Shown here: positions 45,701 to 53,491 of the stretch, in pieces
How the letters are laid out: every line of letters begins with the position of its first letter
How positions within the stretch are numbered: the stretch's first letter is position 1
Virus record (IMG/VR): IMGVR_UViG_3300005573_000089
Span: 4,420-68,419 of that record
Source of the DNA: a virus
Taxonomy: Duplodnaviria > Caudoviricetes
Strand: one strand, 5' to 3'
DNA: 64,000 bases
Notes under the pieces: generated by a model
Told to the model about the DNA's origin: nothing
Database searches by the model: none
The model's input: only the letters and a program-made list of their open reading frames with translations
Made by a program: the position numbers and the translations under genes

Positions 45701-48700
45701 CTAATTGATGATGTAGAACTAACTTCAAGTCCAATATTATCTGATGAAGGAAGAGTAGGCAAATCTATAGAATCAAATGGATTAGATTATCTTTTAGAAC
45801 GGAATTCTACAGATCCAAAGCTGGATGGAAAAGAATCTACAATTACTTGCTGGTTTAAGGCATATAGTGATAAAACTTGTCAGAAGATTTATGGAAAATG
45901 GAGACCTAATCTAATGTACCTTCCAGGTCTTTCACTTGTTTGGGAAATGCATGACCAATTAGGATGGGAACGATATGAATCTTTGAACTATAGTCCTATA
46001 TCGAATAATAAATGGTATTTTGCTGTTCAAAGAATAATTCCAGAAAGTTCTTATAATCAGTTTGATGGTAAAGTAGATTATTTCTTGTATGATGAAAATG
46101 GATTAGTTTCTTCTGGTACATATTCTGGATTTGGAACACCTGTAGATTCGGATAATGATACTATTAGGATTCCTTGGATAAATTGGATGGGAATCAATAA
46201 CTCTTCTTTCTTAGGCAAAATAGATGAATTTAGAATTTACAACAGAGCATTAAGTGATCAGGAAATAGAAGATCTATGGAAATTTCCATATGCATATAGA
46301 ATTTTATCATCCACTTATAGGTCATTCCAAATAATTCATGATATTATAGATTCTGTCTTTACAATTAGAAATTTATTGTATAAAGTTACAGAACTTCCTT
46401 ACATGATAAGAAATACATTGAATAGAATAGTAGAAGGATCTTATTCTATCTTAAACAAATTACAGCTATCATTAATTTGGATCTATGGTATATTTGGTCA
46501 TATTTCTACTTCTATATCACTAGGGATCTATTACATTCTAAATAAGATCAGTAACTTGGTTGATTTACCATATAAGCTATTTAATAAAATAGAAGTGTCT
46601 TTAAATGGATTCTATAATATAATCGAGAAGATAATTGCTAAATTAGAATTAGGTAGAACATCTTTAAGCTTCGACGGAGTGGATGACTACGTTCAAGTGT
46701 CAAATTCACCGTCTCTCAAGAACTTCTCGGCTATGACGTTTTTAGTATGGATTAAACCTCCTGCTTTTAATGGCGTAAACAGATTTTTAGTTGATGTTGG
46801 TTACTGGGACTATCCCTACGGATATTTGAGTTATTTTTCAGATTTCTACAATGATTTGTATATATTCCTTAGAAATACTGAAGGGACAGCAGTAAGTGCT
46901 ACTCAGATAGCTTTTACACCTGACGTATGGATACAGGTTGGATGGGTATGGGATGGAACTACGGTATACTCAATAAAGAATGGGGTGTTACAGACGGGAG
47001 TCGCTTTTTCAGGATTGATTGACCCCACGGCAAACATTATTATGGGACTGAATTTTAATGGTCTCATCAACGAAGTTCGCATCTACAACCGTGCCCTCTC
47101 AGAAGATGAAATCAAAAAACTTTACTATGGTTATAGAATTAAAGATGGTTTAGTAGCTGAATATTTATTTGATGAACAATCTGGTAATACTGCTTATGAT
47201 ACTTCTGGAAACGGAAATAATGGTACAATTTATGGTGCTACATGGACTATAGAAGGATCTTATTTAATTAAAAATATTCTAGCTAAGATCACTGATTTAT
47301 CCTATAAGATGTTTGGTTATGTTCAATCTTCTATCTCAAGTCTTTATGGAGTATTACAGAATGTATTCCTTAACCTAGGATATGGCAATTATACTATTAG
47401 GAACTTAGTATCTGCAATTAAAGACATATCTTATAATATTTCAAATATTGTCAAATCATCTATCAGTAGTGTTCATAACATATTACAGAAGATATTTGCT
47501 AATGTAAATGGAAGTTACTTTATAAGAAATACCATGTATAAGATTACTGAAATACCATATGGATTGTTTAATATTGTTAAGTCTTCAATTAATACTGCTT
47601 ACACATTAATGCAAAGATTATTTGTTAATTTAGAGTATGGTACTTATTTAATTAGAAATCTTGTATCTAAGATTGCAGATGTATCGTATAATGTTATAAG
47701 AATTGTCCAATCATCTATTACAAGCATTTATTCTGTCTTATGGAATGTCCTAGTTAATCTAGCATATGGAAATTATCTGATAAAGAACATTACATCAAAG
47801 ATCTTAGATGTATCTTACAAATTATTTGAAACTGTTAAATCAACAGTAATAATGCTTTATAGTTCAATAGAAAAGATCTTTGCTAATGTTAATTGGAGTT
47901 ATATAATTTGGAATTCGATATCTAAGATAATAGATGTTTCTTACAATTTAATTAACAGATTATATGCTTTGATCTCAGGTCTTTACGGTATATTTGAGGA
48001 GAAGATCATTGACTCTACAATTGTTTATTCTATAGGCAGTATCATAAGTAAGATAATAGATCAGACCTATACGATCAGAAACATTATTGGTAATTCTATA
48101 ATTTCCTTGTATTATGTCCTCAATAAGGTATACAATATTTCTGTTCTAGGTGTATATTCAATAATTAACTTAGTTTACAGTGGTATATCTTTCATTTATT
48201 CAATTGCTGGTTTAATTGTTCAAAATATCTCTGTATTGTACAACTTAATTGAGAAGATTTTACCAAGTATATCTTTGGATTATTCTTTAAGAAATATAAT
48301 ATCCAAAATTACAGATCTACCTTACAGTGTCCTTAATCTTATAAAGAATGATATTGAAATAATCTTTAATGTTCTCAATAAAGTCTTCAATGTTACAGAA
48401 TTAAGCTATAATATTTCTAATATTGTAAAGAACTCTGTAGAAATAGTCTATGGATTGCTTAATAAGGTATTACAACTATCTGAATTATCTTATAGCATCA
48501 GGAACATCACTGATAAAGTAATTTCATTCATTTACATAATATACGAACAATTACCAATATACAAGATTATTAGCACATCTTACTCTATAGTAGAGATTAT
48601 TTCTGCAATAATGGATTCGATCTATTCAAATCTAAATAGAGTATATCTGTCAATTGTAAAGACTTACAATATCAATAATTTGATTTACCAGATAAATCGA

Positions 48701-49624
48701 TTTGGATATAGCATCTATAACTTAGTTGTAAAAGAAGTTCTATCTATTTACAATTTACTGAATAAAGTACTTAATTCAATTTCAGTATTATTCAATGTCA
48801 GAAACATTACTGGGATAATCATAGATTCTGCCTATGCAATTAGAAGTATAATTGGAAACATCATATCATTTCTTTACAACATATATGAAGGATTACCAGT
48901 CTATCAGATCATAAGCACTACTTATTCTATAGTTGAATGGATTTATGCAGTAATTGATTCAATCCATACAAATCTAAACAAAGCATATCAATCTATCATC
49001 AAAACTTACAATATTAGAGAATCGATTTACCTGGTAAATCGATTTAGTTATGGATTATTTAATTTAGTTGAAAAGGAATTAGAGTCTTTATTCAATCTTT
49101 TAATGAAAGTCATTAACTCAATTGTTAATGTATTTAACATCAGAAATGTAGTACAGACAATCATAGAACAGATTTACTCAATTAGGAACTTAGTTATTAG
49201 ATCAATTGATCAATCTTATTTCATAAAGGAGTTAGTCTATTTTGTGATAGAACTTAATCACAATGTTAGAAACATAATAACTTATGTCTTTACATTAATT
49301 AGTAGAATTCTGAACAAAATACATTTAGAACAATCATTCATGTACAGTTTGAGGAGTTTAATATTAATTGAAATAAAACTAATTTACACAGTTATATCTA
49401 ATATCGTTATCAATGTCTTAATCATTACAACTAATGTTAGAAAAAATGTATACAGTTTCATAAGTTTAGTCTATGATTATGTAACGGAATACTTTAAGTA
49501 TATTGATGTCTTTCTTGGCTTAGTTAATAAGAAGTTTATGTTTGAACTTACAACTAAAATACATTCATTACAATTGATTGTTAAGAAAATATATTTAACT
49601 CTTAAATCAGAAGAAGAACAATAG
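42776..49624 (+). CDS. giant tail fibre/adhesin (2282 aa): beta-propeller-like N-terminus, 14-aa repeats, carbohydrate-binding-like and two LamG domains
   Basis: IDEFRIYNRALS and INEVRIYNRALS; LSFDGVDDYV; Y-x-I-x-N-x-V repeats. Confidence 0.75.
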   Translation: MSESTDELGFVTSDQIDEWGFFWDSNVSESGLTSTETITSTSCYSIQRPFQNKTFYANGRYWIFYFSSTGNFAYNSSTNGSSWGTPVTISTDVPNEYAAVYFDGTYVHYTYYKTSYDVIYRRGTPNSDGTISWSASEQTVYNGTSSSYYTVKTISVDINGHAWIGCTKFTDGVEDAGVIFRNANTDGTWANDTGFPYTISSSDQDHTILLVPLSNGSVYAISCKEDSSIYGRLWLYGTGWQSNETVTSSYPESRLYVDATASGNDVMFVYENSSSQVRYVYRTYGSGWGTDTLLSSTGYDGIKVTNSLIGIYCIISDQSNNRFLYSVYSNGSWSSLTNLTSASIYSNTEFTGSMFENSHIIAIAWKTSDSKVGFYYLQTATTVSKDLYGEFYLKNKIYKLSSALQSIKNKVFTLGSYLYNTRSIVYKASDHLYNLKNKVYSLGSLPYNVRNKVGNISNSIYTLRNNVYKLSSSIHTVRNNVQNSIQSLYSILSRVFVLNIFLYSLFNKVSVGSSFLFTILNKVYNSISFSFIVRNIVSALQSSIYSIRNSIYLLNRFSYNLFMKIYNIQSLSYYVRNLVYKLNSFSYLIKNIVQATESLVYSIKNIIYVTISSIHFVLTGLYKSLEFIYNSFQKTVKEIQIIWNIRGLILYLIFDDYEYNQSVYDQIHGIEFRPETYVIDSCESTSSWSGTNVSLSTDRKVGSYSIKEEIISPVSGNVYSLINTNTKEFIWEERRNLSFYLKCNRQSSDFDYARIYLVDSAGYYRYWNLNFNQDEWTLFRKKFTLDERYYLQLPSDEDGASYTIINDCESVNDWSSNLPGMVLEDISVHGSYSIYSYGNITKDSSYYIKYDPSSAIDLSNGRYLSITFCTYEDQSTFNYLRLKIVDTSGNYAYKDLEPEQWLFRNYVIDLENMDYESSPPPDLDSIDYIAIEVSYNTNQYVHLFVDFIRLDDISFLDSVHVEFRFKTKDTNSFYYLIDDVELTSSPILSDEGRVGKSIESNGLDYLLERNSTDPKLDGKESTITCWFKAYSDKTCQKIYGKWRPNLMYLPGLSLVWEMHDQLGWERYESLNYSPISNNKWYFAVQRIIPESSYNQFDGKVDYFLYDENGLVSSGTYSGFGTPVDSDNDTIRIPWINWMGINNSSFLGKIDEFRIYNRALSDQEIEDLWKFPYAYRILSSTYRSFQIIHDIIDSVFTIRNLLYKVTELPYMIRNTLNRIVEGSYSILNKLQLSLIWIYGIFGHISTSISLGIYYILNKISNLVDLPYKLFNKIEVSLNGFYNIIEKIIAKLELGRTSLSFDGVDDYVQVSNSPSLKNFSAMTFLVWIKPPAFNGVNRFLVDVGYWDYPYGYLSYFSDFYNDLYIFLRNTEGTAVSATQIAFTPDVWIQVGWVWDGTTVYSIKNGVLQTGVAFSGLIDPTANIIMGLNFNGLINEVRIYNRALSEDEIKKLYYGYRIKDGLVAEYLFDEQSGNTAYDTSGNGNNGTIYGATWTIEGSYLIKNILAKITDLSYKMFGYVQSSISSLYGVLQNVFLNLGYGNYTIRNLVSAIKDISYNISNIVKSSISSVHNILQKIFANVNGSYFIRNTMYKITEIPYGLFNIVKSSINTAYTLMQRLFVNLEYGTYLIRNLVSKIADVSYNVIRIVQSSITSIYSVLWNVLVNLAYGNYLIKNITSKILDVSYKLFETVKSTVIMLYSSIEKIFANVNWSYIIWNSISKIIDVSYNLINRLYALISGLYGIFEEKIIDSTIVYSIGSIISKIIDQTYTIRNIIGNSIISLYYVLNKVYNISVLGVYSIINLVYSGISFIYSIAGLIVQNISVLYNLIEKILPSISLDYSLRNIISKITDLPYSVLNLIKNDIEIIFNVLNKVFNVTELSYNISNIVKNSVEIVYGLLNKVLQLSELSYSIRNITDKVISFIYIIYEQLPIYKIISTSYSIVEIISAIMDSIYSNLNRVYLSIVKTYNINNLIYQINRFGYSIYNLVVKEVLSIYNLLNKVLNSISVLFNVRNITGIIIDSAYAIRSIIGNIISFLYNIYEGLPVYQIISTTYSIVEWIYAVIDSIHTNLNKAYQSIIKTYNIRESIYLVNRFSYGLFNLVEKELESLFNLLMKVINSIVNVFNIRNVVQTIIEQIYSIRNLVIRSIDQSYFIKELVYFVIELNHNVRNIITYVFTLISRILNKIHLEQSFMYSLRSLILIEIKLIYTVISNIVINVLIITTNVRKNVYSFISLVYDYVTEYFKYIDVFLGLVNKKFMFELTTKIHSLQLIVKKIYLTLKSEEEQ
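44422..44444. repeat. palindrome copy inside the fibre gene (core TCTCT)
   Basis: ttcgattta tctct taaatcgat. Confidence 0.8.
48679..48701. repeat. degenerate palindrome copy inside the fibre gene (core CCAGA)
   Basis: tttgattta ccaga taaatcgat. Confidence 0.65.
49021..49043. repeat. palindrome copy inside the fibre gene (core CCTGG)
   Basis: perfect 9-bp arms, non-consensus core. Confidence 0.85.
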
Positions 49625-49752
49625 TGAACTCTTAAATATTGCGATTATCTTATTCCTAATTAGATTTCCAAGTAATCTCCAAGTGGAGATCTTGGCAATG
49701 TATAATATGCTAATCCTCAAGAGAGGAAAGCAAATAATAGGAGTGATATGAA

Positions 49753-50715
49753 ATGAGTGAATATGTAGAGAGATATGTAAGATTTGGACATGAAAGTACA
49801 TGGGGATCATTACCTAGTTCATGGAGTATTGCATCATATCCATTATCATTTGAAGCTACTACTACAGAGAACTTAGTTGAAGAAGATATTATAGGTGCAT
49901 CTAGACAAGCAAAGTCTAATGTATGGGTTAATAGAGAGGTTACTGGATCTTATTCTGGTAATTTCTTATCACCTAGATTAATGTACTATGCTTTAGGTTA
50001 TGCATCATCAAATGCTAATTCTCCTTATACTGTTAATGTTTCTGGTACTTTATCTGTACCTAGTTTTTCAGTAGAGAAAGGACTTAGAGGTGCTAGTACA
50101 ATATATGCTACTTATAAAGGATGTAAAGTAGATAGATATGAATTAGAAATAGAGAACTTACAAGATATAGTACAGACTGTTGATTTTGTTGCTAGAGATA
50201 CTGATATACCTTCTTATGGAAATTGGAATACAATTGCAGTAGGTTCTAGTTGGGTAACTGATCCATTTGCTTATCATGAATCTTGTTTCATATTTGAGTC
50301 TAGTACACTTAGACTTAGAAGAGTAAGACTAGAGATCAATAATAATTTATCTGCTAGATATGCTGGTTTATGTACTTCACAAGATCCATTACCATATGAA
50401 ATAAGAGAAGGTGCACAGGAGATATCTGGAGAATTTGTACTTGATGAGGATATAGAAGATCTAGTTGATAATTATGTATTAGCTAGAGAGAAAGGAACAA
50501 TTGTAATCAAAATAGGCAATAGTAATAGAGGAACTATAACTATTACATTAAATAATGTTGTACTTGGAGAATTTAGAGATTCTACTAGAGGAGCTGAACC
50601 ATATGAAGTAACATTTCCATTTAAGGCTAAGCCATCTGGTCCTAGTGATTATGATGCAATTACAGTTCAATATGTTAATACAATTGCAGGAACAATACAT
50701 GATATGCTTTGGTGA
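49753..50715 (+). CDS. tail tube (major tail) protein
   Basis: 320 aa, beta-rich; GCKVDRYELEI, EISGEF, VTFPFKA; upstream of chaperone and TMP. Confidence 0.75.
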   Translation: MSEYVERYVRFGHESTWGSLPSSWSIASYPLSFEATTTENLVEEDIIGASRQAKSNVWVNREVTGSYSGNFLSPRLMYYALGYASSNANSPYTVNVSGTLSVPSFSVEKGLRGASTIYATYKGCKVDRYELEIENLQDIVQTVDFVARDTDIPSYGNWNTIAVGSSWVTDPFAYHESCFIFESSTLRLRRVRLEINNNLSARYAGLCTSQDPLPYEIREGAQEISGEFVLDEDIEDLVDNYVLAREKGTIVIKIGNSNRGTITITLNNVVLGEFRDSTRGAEPYEVTFPFKAKPSGPSDYDAITVQYVNTIAGTIHDMLW

Positions 50716-50730
50716 TATGGTGATTGATCG

Positions 50731-51177
50731 ATGTCTGAAAAGAAATACTTAACACTGTCTGAGATATTACATTCAAATGAACCAGTAGATCTGTATATTG
50801 ATTCTTTAGATGTCTGGGTAAAGATCAAGAATGCTTCTACAAAAGATAGAATAGAAGCAGAGAAATTAGCTATGAAACATCCATCTTGGAATGAAATGGA
50901 TCAAAATGATCGTAGTAGAGAGATTGGTAGAATGTTAGCCTTACAATTATTAGTAGAACCAAAAATCACTTATGAAGACTATTTGAAATGTGATGATATA
51001 ACTATTCAAACAATTCTAAGTTCTGTTAGTTCTGCATATTTAGAAAAGATCATAGCTTTATCAGATAAACAAGGTAAGATCATTAAGAGTTTTTTACAAC
51101 AAGTGAAGGACAAAGATCTATTGAATTCCTTAACCTCCTCAAAGTTAGAAACTTTGAATGGGAACAAACAGCAATGA
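50731..51177 (+). CDS. tail assembly chaperone (gpG-like)
   Basis: lies between tail tube and tape measure; contains a slippery site. Confidence 0.75.
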   Translation: MSEKKYLTLSEILHSNEPVDLYIDSLDVWVKIKNASTKDRIEAEKLAMKHPSWNEMDQNDRSREIGRMLALQLLVEPKITYEDYLKCDDITIQTILSSVSSAYLEKIIALSDKQGKIIKSFLQQVKDKDLLNSLTSSKLETLNGNKQQ

Positions 51178-51308
51178 TCTATGAAAATCTTACAGATATA
51201 CAGAAGATATGGCTTAATCATGTAATGAAGAGTGAACAGTCTAGTGAGACTGCTAAATTAAGAGCAGAACAAACAAGAGCAAGAGTATTCTCAAGGAGTA
51301 GATTTTAA
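50731..51308 (+). CDS. tail assembly chaperone -1 frameshift product (gpGT-like, about 192 aa)
   Basis: T TTT TTA at 51090-51096; the -1 frame is open to TAA at 51306-51308. Confidence 0.75.
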
Positions 51309-51317
51309 ATGATCAAG

Positions 51318-51340
51318 ATCGATTTAGGGGATAAATCGAT
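51318..51340. repeat. 23-bp palindrome copy (core GGGGA)
   Basis: 9 nt after the frameshift ORF stop. Confidence 0.95.
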
Positions 51341-51402
51341 CTGTGATCTATCCAATTATCATTTTATTTTTGTTATGAATGAATATGGTTAAGGTGATCT
51401 GA

Positions 51403-53415
51403 TTGCCTGGAGATATAGAAATAGGAATTGAATTAAAGCTAGTAGGTGAGACAGATAGAACTATTGCTAAATTAAATGATCTTACTAGAACATTTGAGAA
51501 TCTTAGGAATTTTAGTCTACTTACATCTGAGAGTCAAGAACAACTTGGTAAAGGAATGATCCGTATTGGAGATAGTGCAATCAAAGTACACAAATTATTA
51601 ACTGCATGGTCTGATGCTGCTGAGAGTGCTGGAATTGATTTTGATCAATTATCTGAAAGTACTAAGAAAGTTAATACTATATTAAGAGCTTTGAATGCAC
51701 AATCTAAGTTAGCATCTGCTTATTTGATCACTGTTGGTAATTCTGCTACTGTACTTGGTTCACAATTACAACCTAGTGAAGAAGATATGAAGAAATTTAA
51801 TGATCAATTGATAGATCTTAGAGATAAAGGATTACTAACACAAAGAGCATTTGATCAAATGTCTAGAGGATTTGCAGAAGCAGGTATGAAGATCCCATCT
51901 GATGTATTAAGAGCATTATTTGAAGCAGATCCAAGTAACTTTATTCAAAATGTAAGACAATTAGGTCCATTACTTACATCTACTTCAACAACTTATAGAG
52001 AATATGCAGATGCAATTAGACAAGGTGTACCTGCATTTAAAGAAGCATTAGAATATCACATGCAATTAGAGAATGCAATACAAAGACTTAGTGAAAGAGC
52101 TAGATCTTTAGATTATTTATCTAAGTTAGGTACTTCTATTGTTTCTTCTGTTAAACCTAGTGAAGAAGAGATTAGATTGTTCAATGATCAATTAAACAAA
52201 CTAAAAGAAAGTGGTATTGATACTAATCTTGTGTTTGAAGAACTATCAAGAGGATTTGCTAGAGCAGGTCCTAGAATACCTGCTGATCTATTAAAAGGGA
52301 TCTATGAAACTACAGGTCCAGAGAGATTTACTGATGCTGTAAAAGAAATACAGAATGCTATGAGATCTACATCAGCAGAGTCTCTAATGTATGCAGGAGC
52401 TATTAAAGAAGGTATACCTGCATTAGTACAAAGTATTCAGAAACATAAAGAAGCAGAGATAGAATTAACAAAGTACAGATTAGCTACACAAATGGCTATG
52501 GGAAGTATTGGAGCTTTAGGAATGACTTTAATGGATTTCTCTAGAACATTATTCTGGATAGGTTTAGGATCTATGTTTGCTATGATGTCTTTATCTAGAT
52601 TATCTAAATCATATCTTCAGGTAGAATCAGCACAAATGCAAGTTATTAGAGCACAAGTTAGTTTAGAAGATGCACAAGAAAGATTACAGAAGTATTATGA
52701 TGCTGGTATTACATCTGGTAAAGGATTTAGAAATGCACAATTAGAAGTTATGGAAGCTACATTAGCTACTAAATTAGCAGAAGATCGATTATCACAATCA
52801 ATAGAACAAAATTGGTATAATTGGTTAATGTTAGTATTTGGTACATTCCCTACAGTTATCAGAGGATTTGTAGATTTATTCTCTGTTAGTGCTAGAGTTG
52901 CTCAGGTATTAGAATTACAAGGTAATATGTCTTTGATAGCTGGTATTAAGAATTTGATATCTGGTCAATTAACAGAACAAGGAAGTATAGGATTTGAGAT
53001 ATTTAATGCTGCAGCCATAAAGACATTTGTTTTATTAAGTGCTATTACTTTTGGTCTTACTTTATTAATTGCAGTAGTATCATATTTCATTAGTAAATGG
53101 CAAATTGAAAGTATGATAGAAGACACTAACAAACAATTAGAGAAACTAGGATATAATCTGAATAAAAGAAGACATTCACCTACATTAGTTGAATCATTTA
53201 AGAACTTAGCAAAAGATTCTAAAGATGCTAGTGAATCTGTTATGAAATTGGCTAAAGCAAATGATATGATCAGTGCTTCTGGTATTCCTGGAACTACTGT
53301 TAAAAGTATATCTATTAATTTTAGTGGACCTGTAAATGTAAGGAGTGAATCAGATATGAGTAGGATATCAGAGTACATTGTTAGAGCAATTAGAACAAGA
53401 GGTGCACTTACATGA
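51403..53415 (+). CDS. tape measure protein
   Basis: long helical Ala/Leu-rich protein with hydrophobic segments, canonical position. Confidence 0.8.
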   Translation: MPGDIEIGIELKLVGETDRTIAKLNDLTRTFENLRNFSLLTSESQEQLGKGMIRIGDSAIKVHKLLTAWSDAAESAGIDFDQLSESTKKVNTILRALNAQSKLASAYLITVGNSATVLGSQLQPSEEDMKKFNDQLIDLRDKGLLTQRAFDQMSRGFAEAGMKIPSDVLRALFEADPSNFIQNVRQLGPLLTSTSTTYREYADAIRQGVPAFKEALEYHMQLENAIQRLSERARSLDYLSKLGTSIVSSVKPSEEEIRLFNDQLNKLKESGIDTNLVFEELSRGFARAGPRIPADLLKGIYETTGPERFTDAVKEIQNAMRSTSAESLMYAGAIKEGIPALVQSIQKHKEAEIELTKYRLATQMAMGSIGALGMTLMDFSRTLFWIGLGSMFAMMSLSRLSKSYLQVESAQMQVIRAQVSLEDAQERLQKYYDAGITSGKGFRNAQLEVMEATLATKLAEDRLSQSIEQNWYNWLMLVFGTFPTVIRGFVDLFSVSARVAQVLELQGNMSLIAGIKNLISGQLTEQGSIGFEIFNAAAIKTFVLLSAITFGLTLLIAVVSYFISKWQIESMIEDTNKQLEKLGYNLNKRRHSPTLVESFKNLAKDSKDASESVMKLAKANDMISASGIPGTTVKSISINFSGPVNVRSESDMSRISEYIVRAIRTRGALT

Positions 53416-53472
53416 TCGATTTATCACCTAAATCAATTGTCTGCGTAAGATCGATTTATCACCTAAATCGAT
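53415..53472. repeat. palindrome doublet (53415-53437, 53450-53472)
   Basis: two TCACC copies 35 bp apart, overlapping the TMP TGA. Confidence 0.93.
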
Positions 53473-53491
53473 CTGATAGGAGTGATCATAA

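Noticed and set aside
13135-53472. Palindrome doublets as mini-CRISPR arrays
   Set aside because: Linkers are only 11-12 nt and resemble each other, there are never more than two repeats, and no cas genes were recognised.
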